A stretch of DNA of 64,000 nt from Octopus vulgaris (lineage: Eukaryota), in NCBI GenBank assembly GCA_951406725.2, contig OX597816.1, positions 124,310,001-124,374,000 of the forward strand, written 5' to 3'. A model generated the notes under the pieces. The model did no database searches. It saw only the letters and a program-made list of their open reading frames with translations, and was not told the origin of the DNA. Positions 12,410 to 24,967 of the stretch are shown piece by piece. Each line of letters begins with the position of its first letter. Position 1 is the stretch's first letter. A program made the translations under genes and the position numbers.

Positions 12410-12484
12410 ATAAACATCTTTTAAATTGCATTTTCAAACCTTCTTTCGTATATAATTCCACTCGTGCGGTACCCCACAACTCCA

Positions 12485-12551
<67 letters not shown>

Positions 12552-12804
12552 ATGTGTGTGTATAAGTATGTCTATATATATATAAGTATGAATGTATATA
12601 TATTGATACAGACAGTAGGATGTGTACTCAGTACTTGTAGTAGCGTTTATTTCTTCAATTGGAGCTCATAATTCTCTTTGTCAGAACTCAGAATTACTCA
12701 TGATGTCCTTGTGAGCATTCAGACAGCAAATCTATCTTATTATCTGTCTGTCTGTCTGCGTGCCTGCCTGTTTCTGTCTATGTCTCTGTCTGTCTGTCTC
12801 TCTG

Positions 12805-12857
<53 letters not shown>

Positions 12858-13093
12858 CTATCTATCTATCTATCTATTTATTTCTAAGTGTGTGTACTCT
12901 CTTTACTCTTTTACTCTTTCATTTGGAGCACAGCCTTTAGTTGAGAAAAACAAACCCCAGGACTTATTCTTTGTAAGCCTAGTACTTATTCCATCGGTCT
13001 CTTTTGCTGAACCACTAAGTTACGGGGATGTAAACTCACCAACATTGGTTGTCAAGCGATGTTGGGGGGACAAACACAGACACACAAACATAT

Positions 13094-13126
<33 letters not shown>

Positions 13127-13330
13127 ACGGGAAGGTTTACAAAAATAAATAAAGACGAAGGCAGGTGGAGTACAAACAAACAATGTATTAATATGGTGCT
13201 CAGGAATAGAAATAGAACAAGTCTTTTACGTTTTGAGCCCACGCTCTTCGACAGAAAGATACACAAAAAAAAACAAGGAGAGAAAAAAAATGCCTGTAGG
13301 AGTTAACGATCTATCATGGCGTCCTGACCT
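13127..13330 (-). mobile_element. PLE-end-like fragment in (TA)n with a degenerate HHR-like motif
   Basis: Minus strand at about 13222-13259: cttt-CTGTCGA-a-GAGCgtggGCTC-AAAAC-GTA-aaag. (TA)n on both sides. Confidence 0.4.
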
Positions 13331-13353
13331 ATATATATATATATATATATATA

Positions 13354-13760
13354 TCATCATCATCATCATCATCATCATCGTTTAACGTCCGTTCTCCATG
13401 CTAGCATGGGTTGGACGGTTCGACCGGGGATCTGGGAAGCCAGAAGGCTGCACCAGGCTCCAGTCTTGTCTGGCAATGTTTCTACAGCTGGATGCCCTTC
13501 CTAACGCCAACCACTCGGTGAGTGTGGTGGGTGCTTTTTACGTGCCACCTGCACAGGTGCCAGGCGAGGCTGGCAACGGCCACGGTCGGATTGGTGTATT
13601 TTATGTGCCACCGGCACGGAAGCCAGTCGAGGCGGTGCTGGCATCGGCCATGAGTCGGATAGTGCTTTTTACGTACCACCAGACCAGGGATCCTGGCTGG
13701 TTCAATTCGATTTCGATTTCACTTGCCCCAACATGTCTTCACAAGCAAAGGGGGTTGGCA
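13354..13760 (-). mobile_element. SINE-like repeat with RTE-like 3' end and (GAT)n tail
   Basis: Minus strand ends CCAACCCATGCTAGCATGGAGAACGGACGTTAAACGATGATGATG. Internal repeats of TTTTA(C/T)GT(G/A)CCACC. Confidence 0.65.
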
Positions 13761-14289
13761 TATATATATATATATAAACATATATACGATGGCCTTCTTT
13801 CAATTTCCGTCTACGAAATCCACTCACAAAGCTTTGGTCGGCCTGAGACTATAGTAGAAGACACTTGCCCAAGATACCATGCAGTGGGACTGAACCCAGA
13901 ATGATGTGGTTGGTAAGCAAGTTACTTACCACACAGCCACTCCTGCACCTATGTGTGTATGTATTTCATACAATATTTTCTCTGCATTTTTTAAAAATTA
14001 TTTTTAATCAATAACTATTTGATTATTTATTTTTTTGTTTACTTTTTTTTTATGAAATGTCAGAAAAACTGCGGATAATAAAGTGTTCCTGTTGCATTTT
14101 AATACATTTTAGGATCTGCAGAGGAGTTAAATTTCATCTTTTATTTTAATATTTGAAATGTTTAACATTTAATTTCATTTGGATCAAAACTTAATAATCT
14201 GAACAGAATCTAATGACAATGGATTTCCTTTATGTCACATGGTACTTTGACCCTATTAGGGAAACAGTTGATATGTTGAAATTATCACC

Positions 14290-15295
14290 CTTACTCTTTT
14301 TCTCTCTCTTCTCATCAATTTCCGCTTTTTTTTATCACCAATATTTTTTTTCCTTTCTAAATCTTTAATTCTTCTTCACCCTCTCCTCATGCATTGTTTT
14401 TGCCCACTTTCCTCTTTTACTACAACCTCTCCCTCTCTCTCTCCACCTCCCTTTCTTTCTTTCTCTCTCAGTCGCTCTCTCTCCTTCTCTCCCTCTGCTA
14501 ATTTTTTGTAGCTCAGTTTCTTGTTATTTATTCATCACCTCCTTTCTATAATCTACGTATTCTCTTTATTTTCTTTCACTTTTTCCCTTACATCTGGCTC
14601 TCCCTTACTTTCTTCCTCTCCCTGCCTATCTCTCTTCCCCCTTCTCTCTCGTTCTACCAACTTTTTGTTGCTCTGTCATTTTTCTATAAATCTATGATTA
14701 CCTCTCTATAAATATATTCCTTACTTTTTTCCTCTTTTCCAATCATTTTCTCTTGCTCTCTCTCTCACTTTTATGTTCTATCTCTATCTCTCTCTCTTTC
14801 ATGTTCCCTCTCTCTTTTTCTCTCTTTCATATTCTATCTCTCCCTTTCTCTTTCTCTGTCTCTCTCTCATATTCATTCTCCCCTCCTCTCTCTCCCTCTC
14901 ACTCTTTCATGTTCTATCTCTCTCTCCCTCATATTCTTTCTCCCCCTCCTCTCTCTCCCTCTCACTCTTTCATGTTCTATCTCTCTCCCCCTCTCTCACC
15001 ATCATATTCTAGTCCCTCTTTCTCTTGTTGATTTATTTCATCTATTTCAACTCTTTCCCTCTTATCCTCCCACTGTTTTTTTCTTGTCATACATTTCCAG
15101 TTCTCTTTGTCTCTCTACCTCTCTATTTCTTCCTCTATTACTCTTGCCATCGAATTTGCATATTCTCCCTCTCCTTTTCTCCTCTCTCAAAAATACAAAC
15201 ACGTACGCATACACACAGAAACAGCGATGGGCAGACTTACATAAATACATACACGTACACACACACACATATACATATACATACATATACACACT

Positions 15296-15328
<33 letters not shown>

Positions 15329-15501
15329 GCATACATACACATATATATATCCATGCATATACATATATATCCAGATACACACACAAACACACACATACAT
15401 ATACACACATATATATATACATATATATATATATGCATATACATATATACATATATGTATATGCATATATATATATATATATATGCATATACATATATAC
15501 A

Positions 15502-15555
<54 letters not shown>

Positions 15556-15617
15556 TATACACACATGCACACACACAGACATATATATATATACATATAT
15601 ACACACACATATATGTA

Positions 15618-15679
<62 letters not shown>

Positions 15680-16832
15680 TTAATGCATCTAGACACTCTC
15701 TCTCCATTTATTCTCTATTATATTCTCATATTCCCTTCTGCTCTCTTTTTTTTTTAATTGCTTCTCTATTCCCCTCAGTCTCCCTCTTTAAGTCTCTTCC
15801 ACTTTTGGATCTTTAAACGTTTATTCCCCAATATCTGATCCACCAACACCACCACCACCACCACCACCTCCTCATCTCATTCTCTCATCACCCTTTCAAT
15901 CAACTACTCAAAACCACCCCTCTCACCTCTCATCTTTTCCTTTGTCTTTATCCAATTCTTCTGTCTTTGATCTGTCTTAATTTCTACCTTATTTTTTCCC
16001 CTTTAATTTATTGGCACTTGATCATTCAACTCCTTTTTTCTGTCTCTTTCTCTCCCTCTCACTCGCTCCCACTCTCTCTCTCTCTCTCTCTCTCTCTTAC
16101 TCTTACTCATTGTCTTCCCTGCTTTCTCTTTCTTTCTCTCTCTTCTCTACCACTCTATCTTTCAACTTTTATCACATCAAGTCAAAGTGAGAACCTCTAC
16201 ATGGTCACTGAACCTGCTAGAAATAACAGCCAACTATCCCTAAACTCATTCACCTCATCATCTTAAAATACAGAAGAATACACAAGATGAGTACTTCATA
16301 ATATACATACACAATAATGGGAGGCTCCAGGCTAAAACTCTTGATCATAGGAGTGTGCCATAAGAGTTAACCAGGGGTTGAATAACAACAAATCCTTTAA
16401 TCTGTTTTCCCATTTTTCTATATCTTTCTCATTATAAGCTGCTCACTTTCTTTCTTCCAAAACTATCCTAGGTCTTTTCCATCATCATCAATCTACAGCT
16501 CATTTCGCCATTGCCTTACTTTCATTCTCATTTCATTCTTTACAATTTTTCCTTTTCTGATATCTCTTTCATCTCTCTCTCTCTCTCTCTCTCTTTTGCT
16601 CTCCCTCTGTCTTAGTTTCTCTTTTTCTTTTTTTTATCAATTTTAGGCATTAATCATTTTTTCTTCTTTTTCTTTCATTCATTCTGTCAGTTAATTTCTT
16701 GCTCTTTTCTTTCTCTGTCTTCTTCTTTCACCTTTTTCTCTTATCATTTTGCTTTCATTTCATCTTTCCCTGCTTCCTTCTTTCTCTCCTATTAATTGCT
16801 CCATTGCATCATTCTCTCCCCTCCCATCTATT

Positions 16833-16918
<86 letters not shown>

Positions 16919-17090
16919 CCTAACTTGTGTTTCTCTATCACTTCTGCTTCTTTTCCTTCTAAATTTCTCATCGCTCCCCACTCTCATGCCTTTTCACTCA
17001 TGCACGCATATTCACTTGCTCTCTCACTCTCTCTCTTTCTCTCTTTGTCTCTCACCCCCCACCTTTCTCTGTCTACATTCCAGTTCTTTC
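14290..17090. repeat. CT-rich low-complexity region with (CA/TA)n, (CT)n and (TTTC)n blocks
   Basis: Direct reading. Includes a ~45-bp direct duplication at 14880-14925 and 14943-14987. Confidence 0.9.
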
Positions 17091-18504
17091 TAGTGTAAAA
17101 TATTCATATTGGATTCTAATTGCAAATTTATGTTCACAACTAAACCTTACTGGAGTAGAACTGAATAAATAATATGAGAATGTTATTTATTAAAAATAAA
17201 AACAATAAAAAAAAACAAAAGCTAAAAGCCAAAAAAAAAATGACAGGAACAAAACCAAAACAGAGGAAATATCAAGAAACAGGAAAGAATCTGCAACAGA
17301 TAAATAAACAAAAATAACACAAACCATACATGCAAGATTAATTTTCAATTGTTGTGAAGAGTAAAATTAATCTGCTTCCATGAAACACAAGGTTCATTTG
17401 CCAAAAAGTTGAATTCACATTGTGAAATAACAAACTAGATTTTTATGTCATGCAACACAAGAGTAAAAATGAATATCTGAATTGAATATGAGATCTTTCT
17501 TGTAAGGGAAATTAACCTAATTATTGACTGAATTGATAACAGCATATTACTGGTATATTGTCGATTGAACAAAGAGTAATAAAAAGTAAAGAGAAGTTAC
17601 TGTTTATTCATCTTTGAACTAAAACAACAAGAACTGGAAGAATGCCGTAAGAATAGACAGCTATACACTCTTTGCCATGGGTTAGATTACAGCATAATAC
17701 AGCTGTTATAAAGCAATGCAAGTAATGGAGATTAAGTGTATTAATTTCATTCATGTTTTTAATATGGCATGGATCAAAAGATTAGGGTAGATGCTCATAA
17801 ATTACTTGCCTGGATTTAGGAGTTTGGAAAAATTATGAAAATAAAAAGAAAGCTTGAAGAAATGTAATGAACTGATTTCTTTGTTTGTGTACATGTATGT
17901 GTGTGTGTGTGTATGACAGATGTGAAAGAGAGAGAGAGAGAGAGAGAGAGCATGTTTGAAAGAAGATAAACTGATTCTTTTGTTTCACATCAGAAGTGTG
18001 AGTCAATGTTCATCGTTTTATTCTTTACTTTGCAAAAAAAAGTAAAAAATTATTTTTAACAATTTGATCAATCTTATTATTTGGATAAACAGAAGCCAAT
18101 GCGTTTCATGTTAATAGAATGCTGGCCCATGATCTGAAGAATTGTTGATTCATATTCTAATCGCTGGAACAACTACACTGAAATCCTTAGCAATGGTGCT
18201 ACAAAAACTCTATTGTCTTTTTCACTTTACCAAGTTTACATATAAATCTTGCATATGTGCTGTATGGATATGCATGCATTTATGTGTAGTGCTTTTTGGT
18301 TTGCATAAGAAAGATGGAGAGAGAAAGGTGCAGCCTAGTAAGGCATAAATGTTTGCCTTGCTATTTTATGCACACTTACCCAAGGTATATATTTAAGGGA
18401 AATAATGGCTCTGCCTAAGAGTTTTATAATTAATATGAATTACAAAGAAAGTAAAGGGAAAAGTCAAGTTAAAAAAGATAAATCATGTTATTATTATTAT
18501 CATT

Positions 18505-18710
18505 AAGGCAGCAAGTTGGCCGAGTCGTTAGCACACTAAGTGAAATGCTTAATGGCATTTCATCTGTTGTTATGTTCTGAGTTCAAATTCTGCTGAGGTT
18601 GACTTTGCCATTCATCCTTTAGGGGCTGATAAAATAACGACCAGTTGAGTACTGGGGTTGACTTATCTCTTTCCCCCATATTTCAGGCCTTGTGCCTGTA
18701 ATAGAAAGGG
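18505..18710 (+). mobile_element. Meta-like tRNA-SINE copy
   Basis: AAGGCAGCAAGTTGGC...GAGTTCAAATTC...CATCCTTTAGGGGCTGATAAAATAA. Follows (ATT)n. Confidence 0.8.
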
Positions 18711-18733
18711 TTATATTTATTCTAATTATTGCG

Positions 18734-18851
18734 GCTTAAGACCATATCACACTGAATTCACCAGTTCTCCTCTGATCACTAAAGTTAAGTTATGTTGAGC
18801 CTAGTTAGTACTTAGATGGGTGATCACTTGAGAAACCTAGATGCTGTAAGT
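18734..18851 (+). pseudogene. 5S rRNA pseudogene, near full length and decayed
   Basis: GCTTAAGACCATATCACACTGAA...TCTGATC...AAGTTAAG...GCCTAGTTAGTACTTAGATGGGTGA...TGCTGTAAGT is colinear with metazoan 5S rRNA over about 118 nt, with many transitions and no oligo-T terminator. Confidence 0.88.
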
Positions 18852-18861
18852 ATCATACTTT

Positions 18862-19075
18862 GAGGTGGTGAGTTGGCCAAATTGTTACCATGCTGGACAA
18901 AATGATTAGCAGTATTTTACCTATCTTTATCTTCTGAGTTCAAATGCCGCCAAGTTCAACTTTGCTTTTCATCCTTTCGGGGTTGTTAAAATAAGTACCA
19001 GTTAAGCACTGGGGGTCAATGTAATCGACTTACACCTACCCCAAACTGCTGGCCTTGTGCCAAAATTTGAAGCCA
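18862..19075 (+). mobile_element. Meta-like tRNA-SINE copy
   Basis: Same head, B box and core as 6340-6568. Confidence 0.8.
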
Positions 19076-19088
19076 TTATTATTATTAT

Positions 19089-19535
19089 TGAGTAAGCGAG
19101 CAGCACACACCATCAAAGTGATGCTGGGGTATAAATATATGAAGCCCAACCTGTCTGATAAGGGTACACAGGTACATGCATCACAACCATATGTGCATGA
19201 CATGGTGACCTCATATCAAGATAAATAGTGCATGACATTACAGATGGGGGCTACTTAAAATTTTCTGCAGGTCAAGTAGCCCGTTCCAGTCAAAAGGTCC
19301 TTAAATAAGAGTTGTTTAAGGATGATGAATGAAACACCCATGTTTCCAAAGGGGAAACATCCAAACCCCCAAAATCCCTCTCAACACATGATTATGTTAC
19401 TCCTTCATTATTATTGCTCATGATCAGAGATGCACGCAGCATCAATCACTAAGGGTTATGCTCAACTTGTTACGGTCAAGTTACTGAGGAGAAAATCTTC
19501 ATATTAAGCAGAATATTTGTTGTAGCTCAGCTTTC
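19089..19535 (-). mobile_element. Unclassified ~550-bp interspersed repeat (family X), copy 1
   Basis: Colinear with 21385-21925, 34875-35170, 43098-43262 and 45450-45870. Strand is inferred. Confidence 0.75.
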
Positions 19536-19551
19536 ACTTCTTCATATTATT

Positions 19552-19762
19552 AAGGTGGTGAGCTAGCAGAATTGTTAGCATGTCAAACAAAATGCTTAGT
19601 GGCATTTTGTCAGTCTTCACATTCTGAATTCAAATTCTGCCAGGGTCAACTTTGCCTTTCATCCTTTCAGGATCGATTATATAAGTACCAGTTAAGCACT
19701 GGGGTTGATTTAATCAACTTAACCCCTCCTTAAACTTGCTGGCCTTGAGCCAAAATTTGAAA
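19552..19762 (+). mobile_element. Meta-like tRNA-SINE copy
   Basis: Same head, B box and core as 6340-6568. Confidence 0.8.
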
Positions 19763-19765
19763 TCA

Positions 19766-19802
<37 letters not shown>

Positions 19803-19804
<2 letters not shown>

Positions 19805-20043
19805 TATGTTTGACTTTTGCTTTATGTCTGTACAAGTTGGCTCCAAGTCTCACCCAGAGACCTCAAGAGACAACAGGTTGGAAGTTCACGTTGTTGTTAT
19901 GCCTAGTGTGCCATATATTTGTTGTTTTTTTTTTGTTGTACTAGTGAATGTCTAATACATAAAAAATAAAAAAAGATAAAAAGTTTGTTTTAAACCTTGG
20001 GATTATTATTAAACCTTGGGATTATTATTATTATTATTATTAC

Positions 20044-20106
<63 letters not shown>

Positions 20107-20553
20107 TAATATTTTTATACGTTTGACTTTTGCTTTGTATTGGCCTGGTACTTTCTTGTAGGTAGGCATTGATCTTGGGCTGCTATGATAAACTCTTCTG
20201 TTCCTGATTTTGAGCCATAAGGCACTAACCATTGATGGATAAGGGCTTTGTCAACATTGGCACTATTAGCTCTCTTTGGGTATTTGCCATTGAGATGTTT
20301 TTCTTGCCATTTATCAGTAAGAATGTCTAAAGCAGCAGTTTTAGCATGGGTTTTCATACACTTAGCTTTTTCTGTGCTTGTTTCTAGTACATCTAATTCT
20401 GGAATTTGTTGTATTTGGAATTCATTTAGATACTCTTTTGCCTGTTTTATTACTGAGAATGATGCTTTATTCTTTTCATGTTGAGATAAGTCTTAACATC
20501 CAGTCATCAGAGTTTTTCAGGTAGGTATCTAGGCCAGTTATGGCAATCTCCAT
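19803..20553 (-). mobile_element. R4/Dong LINE pieces (3' UTR and thumb/linker region) separated by (ATT)n
   Basis: Translations KWQEKHLNGKY and GTEEFIIAAQDQCLPTRKYQ match the 53131-55488 protein. 19803-19920 matches the 3' UTR at 31605-31715. Confidence 0.8.
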
Positions 20554-20557
20554 AGTA

Positions 20558-20620
<63 letters not shown>

Positions 20621-20699
20621 CATCATTATTATTATTGTTGTTGTTGTTGTTGTTGTTGTTGCTGTTGTTGTTGTTTACTTTTAATGTACATGTTTGTTA

Positions 20700-21365
20700 C
20701 AACCACTTGCAGAGACACACCCAGCATCCTTAGGTGAGTGAGGGATAAGAGATGTTACAGTATGACTGAAAGCTTGTTGAGGGGAAGTGGTAGGGACAGT
20801 AGCGAAAAATCATCATGTAATGCAATACAGACATTTAAATTGTAAGGTTTTTCTAAGGATATGGGCAGTACTTGTCAGCACAATCTTTTGGATTTCTCTG
20901 AGACATAGCTCTCCTGGGATGTTGTCTAGATGTTTCTGACATCCCTTTTTTATCATACCTAGGGCACCTACAATAACAGGAACAGTTCTTGCTTTAAGAT
21001 GCCACATCTTTTGTATTCTAATTTCCAGATCCTTATATTTACTTAATTTGTTAAATTCCTTCACAAATTTATTTTTTATCAATGGTACCACTTACATCTA
21101 TTAGTCTATAAGTATTTTCTTCCCTGTCTTTAATAACTATGTCTGGTCAATTAGCCTGGATCATTCAGTCAGTGTTGACTGGAAAATCTTAGAGAATAGT
21201 GACATTTTTACCTTCAACAACTGGCTCAGGATGATGTTCATACCAGTAAGCAGGAGTGCTGATTTTGTAGCGTTTACATATTTTCCAATGTAAAAATCTG
21301 TCCTACCCTATTGTGACCATTTTTCTATTCGTTTGGTGTCAGCACAGGACATCCTGGAATGAGAT
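20700..21365 (-). mobile_element. R4/Dong LINE 3' fragment (RLE domain)
   Basis: KLSKYKDLEIRIQKMWHLKARTVPVIVGALG...IQKIVLTSTAHILRK. Confidence 0.85.
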
Positions 21366-21384
21366 GGTGTATTATTATCATTAT

Positions 21385-21925
21385 TGAGTGAGAGAGCAGT
21401 GCATACCATCAATGTGACACTTTGAATGCATGCCCAGTGTACCCATCATGACTACCCATCTGATAAGGGTACACCAGCCACATGTACCACAACCATATGT
21501 GCATGACATGGTGACCTTATATCAAGATAAACAGTGCATGACTTTGCAGGTAGAGCCTAGTTAGAATATTCTTCAGGTTGAGTAGCCTATTCCACTCAAA
21601 TGGTCTCTGAATAAGGGTTGTTTAAGGGTGTTGAACGAAATATCAATGTTTCCAGAGTTGAATTATGCAAACCCCAAAGAATTCCTTTCAACATATGGCT
21701 ATAATGCTCCCCACTATTTCTGCTCATGATCAGAAATGTACATATCGTCAGCAACTGAGAGACATGCTCAACTGGTTACGGTTAAACAACTGACAAGCAA
21801 ATCAGTGGCATTGAGCAGAATATTTGCTGTAGCCCATCTTTTATAACAAGATATGATAACACTTCCAATTAGTTAAGATCAGAAGCCATGAGAGCTCGTG
21901 CCTGGTACTGCATCAGGTCATTTAA
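21385..21925 (-). mobile_element. Family X repeat, near full length
   Basis: GAGTGAGAGAGCAGTGCAT...CCTGGTACTGCATCAGG(G/T)CATTTA, flanked by ATT/ATC repeats. Confidence 0.8.
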
Positions 21926-23570
21926 TCATCATCATCATCATTAAGCTATCACATACTACTTTACTCAGTAGAAACATTGTCCTGAAGTTTGATGACAACA
22001 AATCTCCTCAAATCTCAAGAATCTCTTTTTAAGAATTCTTGCAGAATACACGAATATATTTTTCTGCAGGTCAGTAATGCATATTTCAATTCCAGTATAT
22101 TTCAGCCTCTTAGGTAGAAGTTTGGGTATTGTGTGGACAACACCACTTACTCCAGGATCAATTGTCATTGTTATGTTCCAAAAGCTCTTCCACTCCCTGG
22201 CTAGGTCTACATAATTCTCAGTTTTATTGATTAGTAGCTCCAGTTCACTTAAGCTACTGGAGTTGTGGATATAAACAGACTGGCTACTTGTTTTTCTGAG
22301 ACTGTTCAAGTGATGAGGACACATGTGATGAGAACCTTACTCTATTATTTTATAGTATTGCAGTATCTGATCCTATATTTATTTCCTCCGCTACATTCAT
22401 CTGTGGTGTTCTTGCTGTATGGTTAGGCCTCATAAAGAAGTCTCTTAAATTCCTCATTCAATCTTACAACTTGTAGCCTGTGTCATACCACTTTTCTGTC
22501 ACTTTGAAGCTAACATCTCAATGTACTCTTTTACTGAAACAATCATATCTGCTTTTATACTGATTTTATGCTAGCTTACTGTATTTACTTAAAAAGTGGT
22601 TAATTTATTTATTTCCTTATAGATTTTCTATTTGTTCTCTGATTACGTTTTAGCAATTTTCGTTTTTATCAGGTTCCTTTTAATGGCTTGTTCTTCAGTG
22701 TCTATAATCAGGGATTTAGTTTCCTATTTCCGGTTTCCTCCTATCAACCAAATCCAGCATTCTTGTGGTTGATAGATGGAAACCTGAAATCCTGTTTGTA
22801 GCATGAACTGGTTTTGAAATTTCTTCTCTTTCTAACTACTTTTTCTGTCATTTTCCCTTCTTTTCTTGAATTATTTTACTGTTTCAATGACATTTTAGAT
22901 ATTTCTGGTCAGGGTCAATATTTTTCTTCCCTATATACAACAGTTTTTCAAACCTAAAATGACAGTCTTCTTCATTTCACAAAACTCTGCCTCCTTCCAT
23001 TTTTGATAGGTAGAACTTTTAGGATGGTGCATAGTATACATTGTTAGTAGCTTTTTAGGTGTTCTATTATATTTCTGTCATTCTGTCTTGGTCCTATTTA
23101 AGAAAGGCATCAGAGTATCTTAATGCTGGTATGGTCCATGTATTCATTGCTTTGATAAAAAAATTTCCCCCATTTACTTTTATTTCAAGCACCTTCATAA
23201 TCTTGGAGATTTGGATATTTTCTCTCTCATTTCTCTTGCCATTATCCTAGCATCCTACAGTGTCCTTTTGCACTAGTATCCTTCACTATTTCACAGTGGT
23301 CTAATGACATCATTGCAAGTTGTACTTTCTTTATATCCTAATCTTTTAACTGCCCTTCATAATAAAAACTGCTCACTTATTTACCCCAAACTGCATTCTA
23401 ATATCCTTGATAAATATTCTTACTATTTAGATCTGAGAATCCAAGTCTTTTGATTTTTGTGTATAGTTTGAGGTCATCCATATATTGCAGGTGATTTGTT
23501 TTCACTCTGGTTCTAACAAGCTCATAGGCAGGTATGGATTTTCTCTGTTTACTTGTCAGAACGATTAGTG

Positions 23571-24251
23571 CAGTGTTTCTCAACCATTGTTTCCTATGGA
23601 ACCCATTGATTCCTATTTTACTCAGATGGACCCTCATAGCACCTCAATGTTTAACCCTTTATCATTCAGATTTCTATGTCAAATATAATGCTTATGTATT
23701 TACATCATTTTAAATTAATCATGCATTATTTCATAGCTTTGAGATTTTGATGACATGAATTTTCATTTTTACAATTACACTATACAGTATGTGTGAAAGG
23801 TCAGATTTGACCAGTTTGAAAATAAAATAGGTAGAATATTTTGGCCAGATATTATATTTTTAGAATGAAAGATTATTAGGAATTGCATAAAAATAATTGT
23901 TAAAATTCTATTGTATCTGGGGAGAGTCATTTTCTTTTTGTGCCTGATAATTTAACACACTCACTAGTAAAATTTCCACTTATTTTTTATTTTTACTTTT
24001 AAGTGGAAATTTTACCAGTGAGTGTGTTAAATTATCAGCTACAAAAAGAAAATTATTCTCCCCAGATACAACAGAATATGTTTCAACACACAAACTCACA
24101 TAAAGAATCTTGCAAACCAAATCTAAAAACGAACTTGTTAAAATACTTTGTGTATTGTAGACATATAACCAGTTTATTGCAGATAAGTTTTAGTAACAAA
24201 ATCTTATGTGAACCCCACAAGGGCCATATACACCCCAGTTGAGAACCACTG
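23571..24251. mobile_element. hAT (Charlie-like) MITE with nested repeats
   Basis: TIRs CAGTGTTTCTCAAC and GTTGAGAACCACTG. Imperfect 8-bp TSD GATTAGTG / GATTAGAT. Confidence 0.75.
23911..24071. mobile_element. Palindromic MITE (~70-bp arms) nested in the hAT element
   Basis: TTGTATCTGGGGAGA...AAATTTCCACTT pairs with AAGTGGAAATTT...TCTCCCCAGATACAA. Confidence 0.75.
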
Positions 24252-24689
24252 GATTAGATCAATAATGAAAAGTAATGGAGTGAGTGAGCCACCCTGAAAA
24301 TATCCCCTTGCAAATTTTTACATTTCTTAATGGTTCATTTCCACATTTATACTTTCCATAATTTCCTCACTTTCTTCAAACAACTGTTAATGTTTTCATT
24401 GACCCTGAGCATCCTCAGGCACTTAAAGAGCCAACAGTTTGAAACATCACTGTAGGCTTTCTTGTTGTCTATCCAACCAGCAGCTAATTTCTTCTTTCTT
24501 ATTTGCATCATCACTTAATATCAAGTTGTTGATATGCAACAGATCGGCAGTTTCCCTTGATTTCTTTCTACATCCCTTTGCTCAGCTTCTCTACTAATAG
24601 ATTTTTCCTTTTCCAGAAAGCTAAGCTATACACTTCATCTGTTGTAATAAGGTCAATTAATAATTTCTAGAGTAATGGTAAGCATGCAT

Positions 24690-24785
24690 GTACTACCACC
24701 ACCACCACCACTGCCACTGCTGCCGCCACCACTGCTGCCAGCGCCGCCGCCACCACTGCTGCTGCCACTACTACTACTACTACTA

Positions 24786-24859
<74 letters not shown>

Positions 24860-24875
24860 GCTGCTACTGCTGCTG

Positions 24876-24967
<92 letters not shown>

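Larger units (their letters stand above)
11762..12454. mobile_element. Fold-back unit of PLE pLTR-like sequence: ~208-bp inverted repeats, no ORF
   Basis: 11762-11970 is the near-identical reverse complement of 12247-12454. Flanked by (TA)n, and each arm contains an HHR motif. Confidence 0.85.
12895..13950 (-). mobile_element. Octopus-type tRNA-SINE split at its internal microsatellite by nested insertions
   Basis: The head (about 13775-13950) and tail (about 12895-13100) each match the intact copy at 28163-28585. Confidence 0.85.
21960..24660 (-). pseudogene. Old, decayed R4/Dong LINE interrupted by a hAT MITE
   Basis: Residual motifs WIDNKKAY (about 24460), IFQGGSLTPLLF (about 24290), NHLQYMDDLKLY (about 23480) and YVDLAREWK (about 22200). 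Confidence 0.75.

Noticed and set aside
15025-15816. Long ORFs rich in YI/HT/VC repeats (also at about 6700-7990, 24667-25007, 42809-43430 and 48177-50987)
   Set aside because: They are translations of stop-free microsatellites with no coding signal.
17540-18260. Non-repetitive stretches that could be host exons
   Set aside because: No convincing splice-bounded open frame or known motif. Small exons cannot be excluded without RNA-seq.
18734-18851. Functional 5S rRNA gene
   Set aside because: Many substitutions, no T-run terminator, and not in a tandem array.
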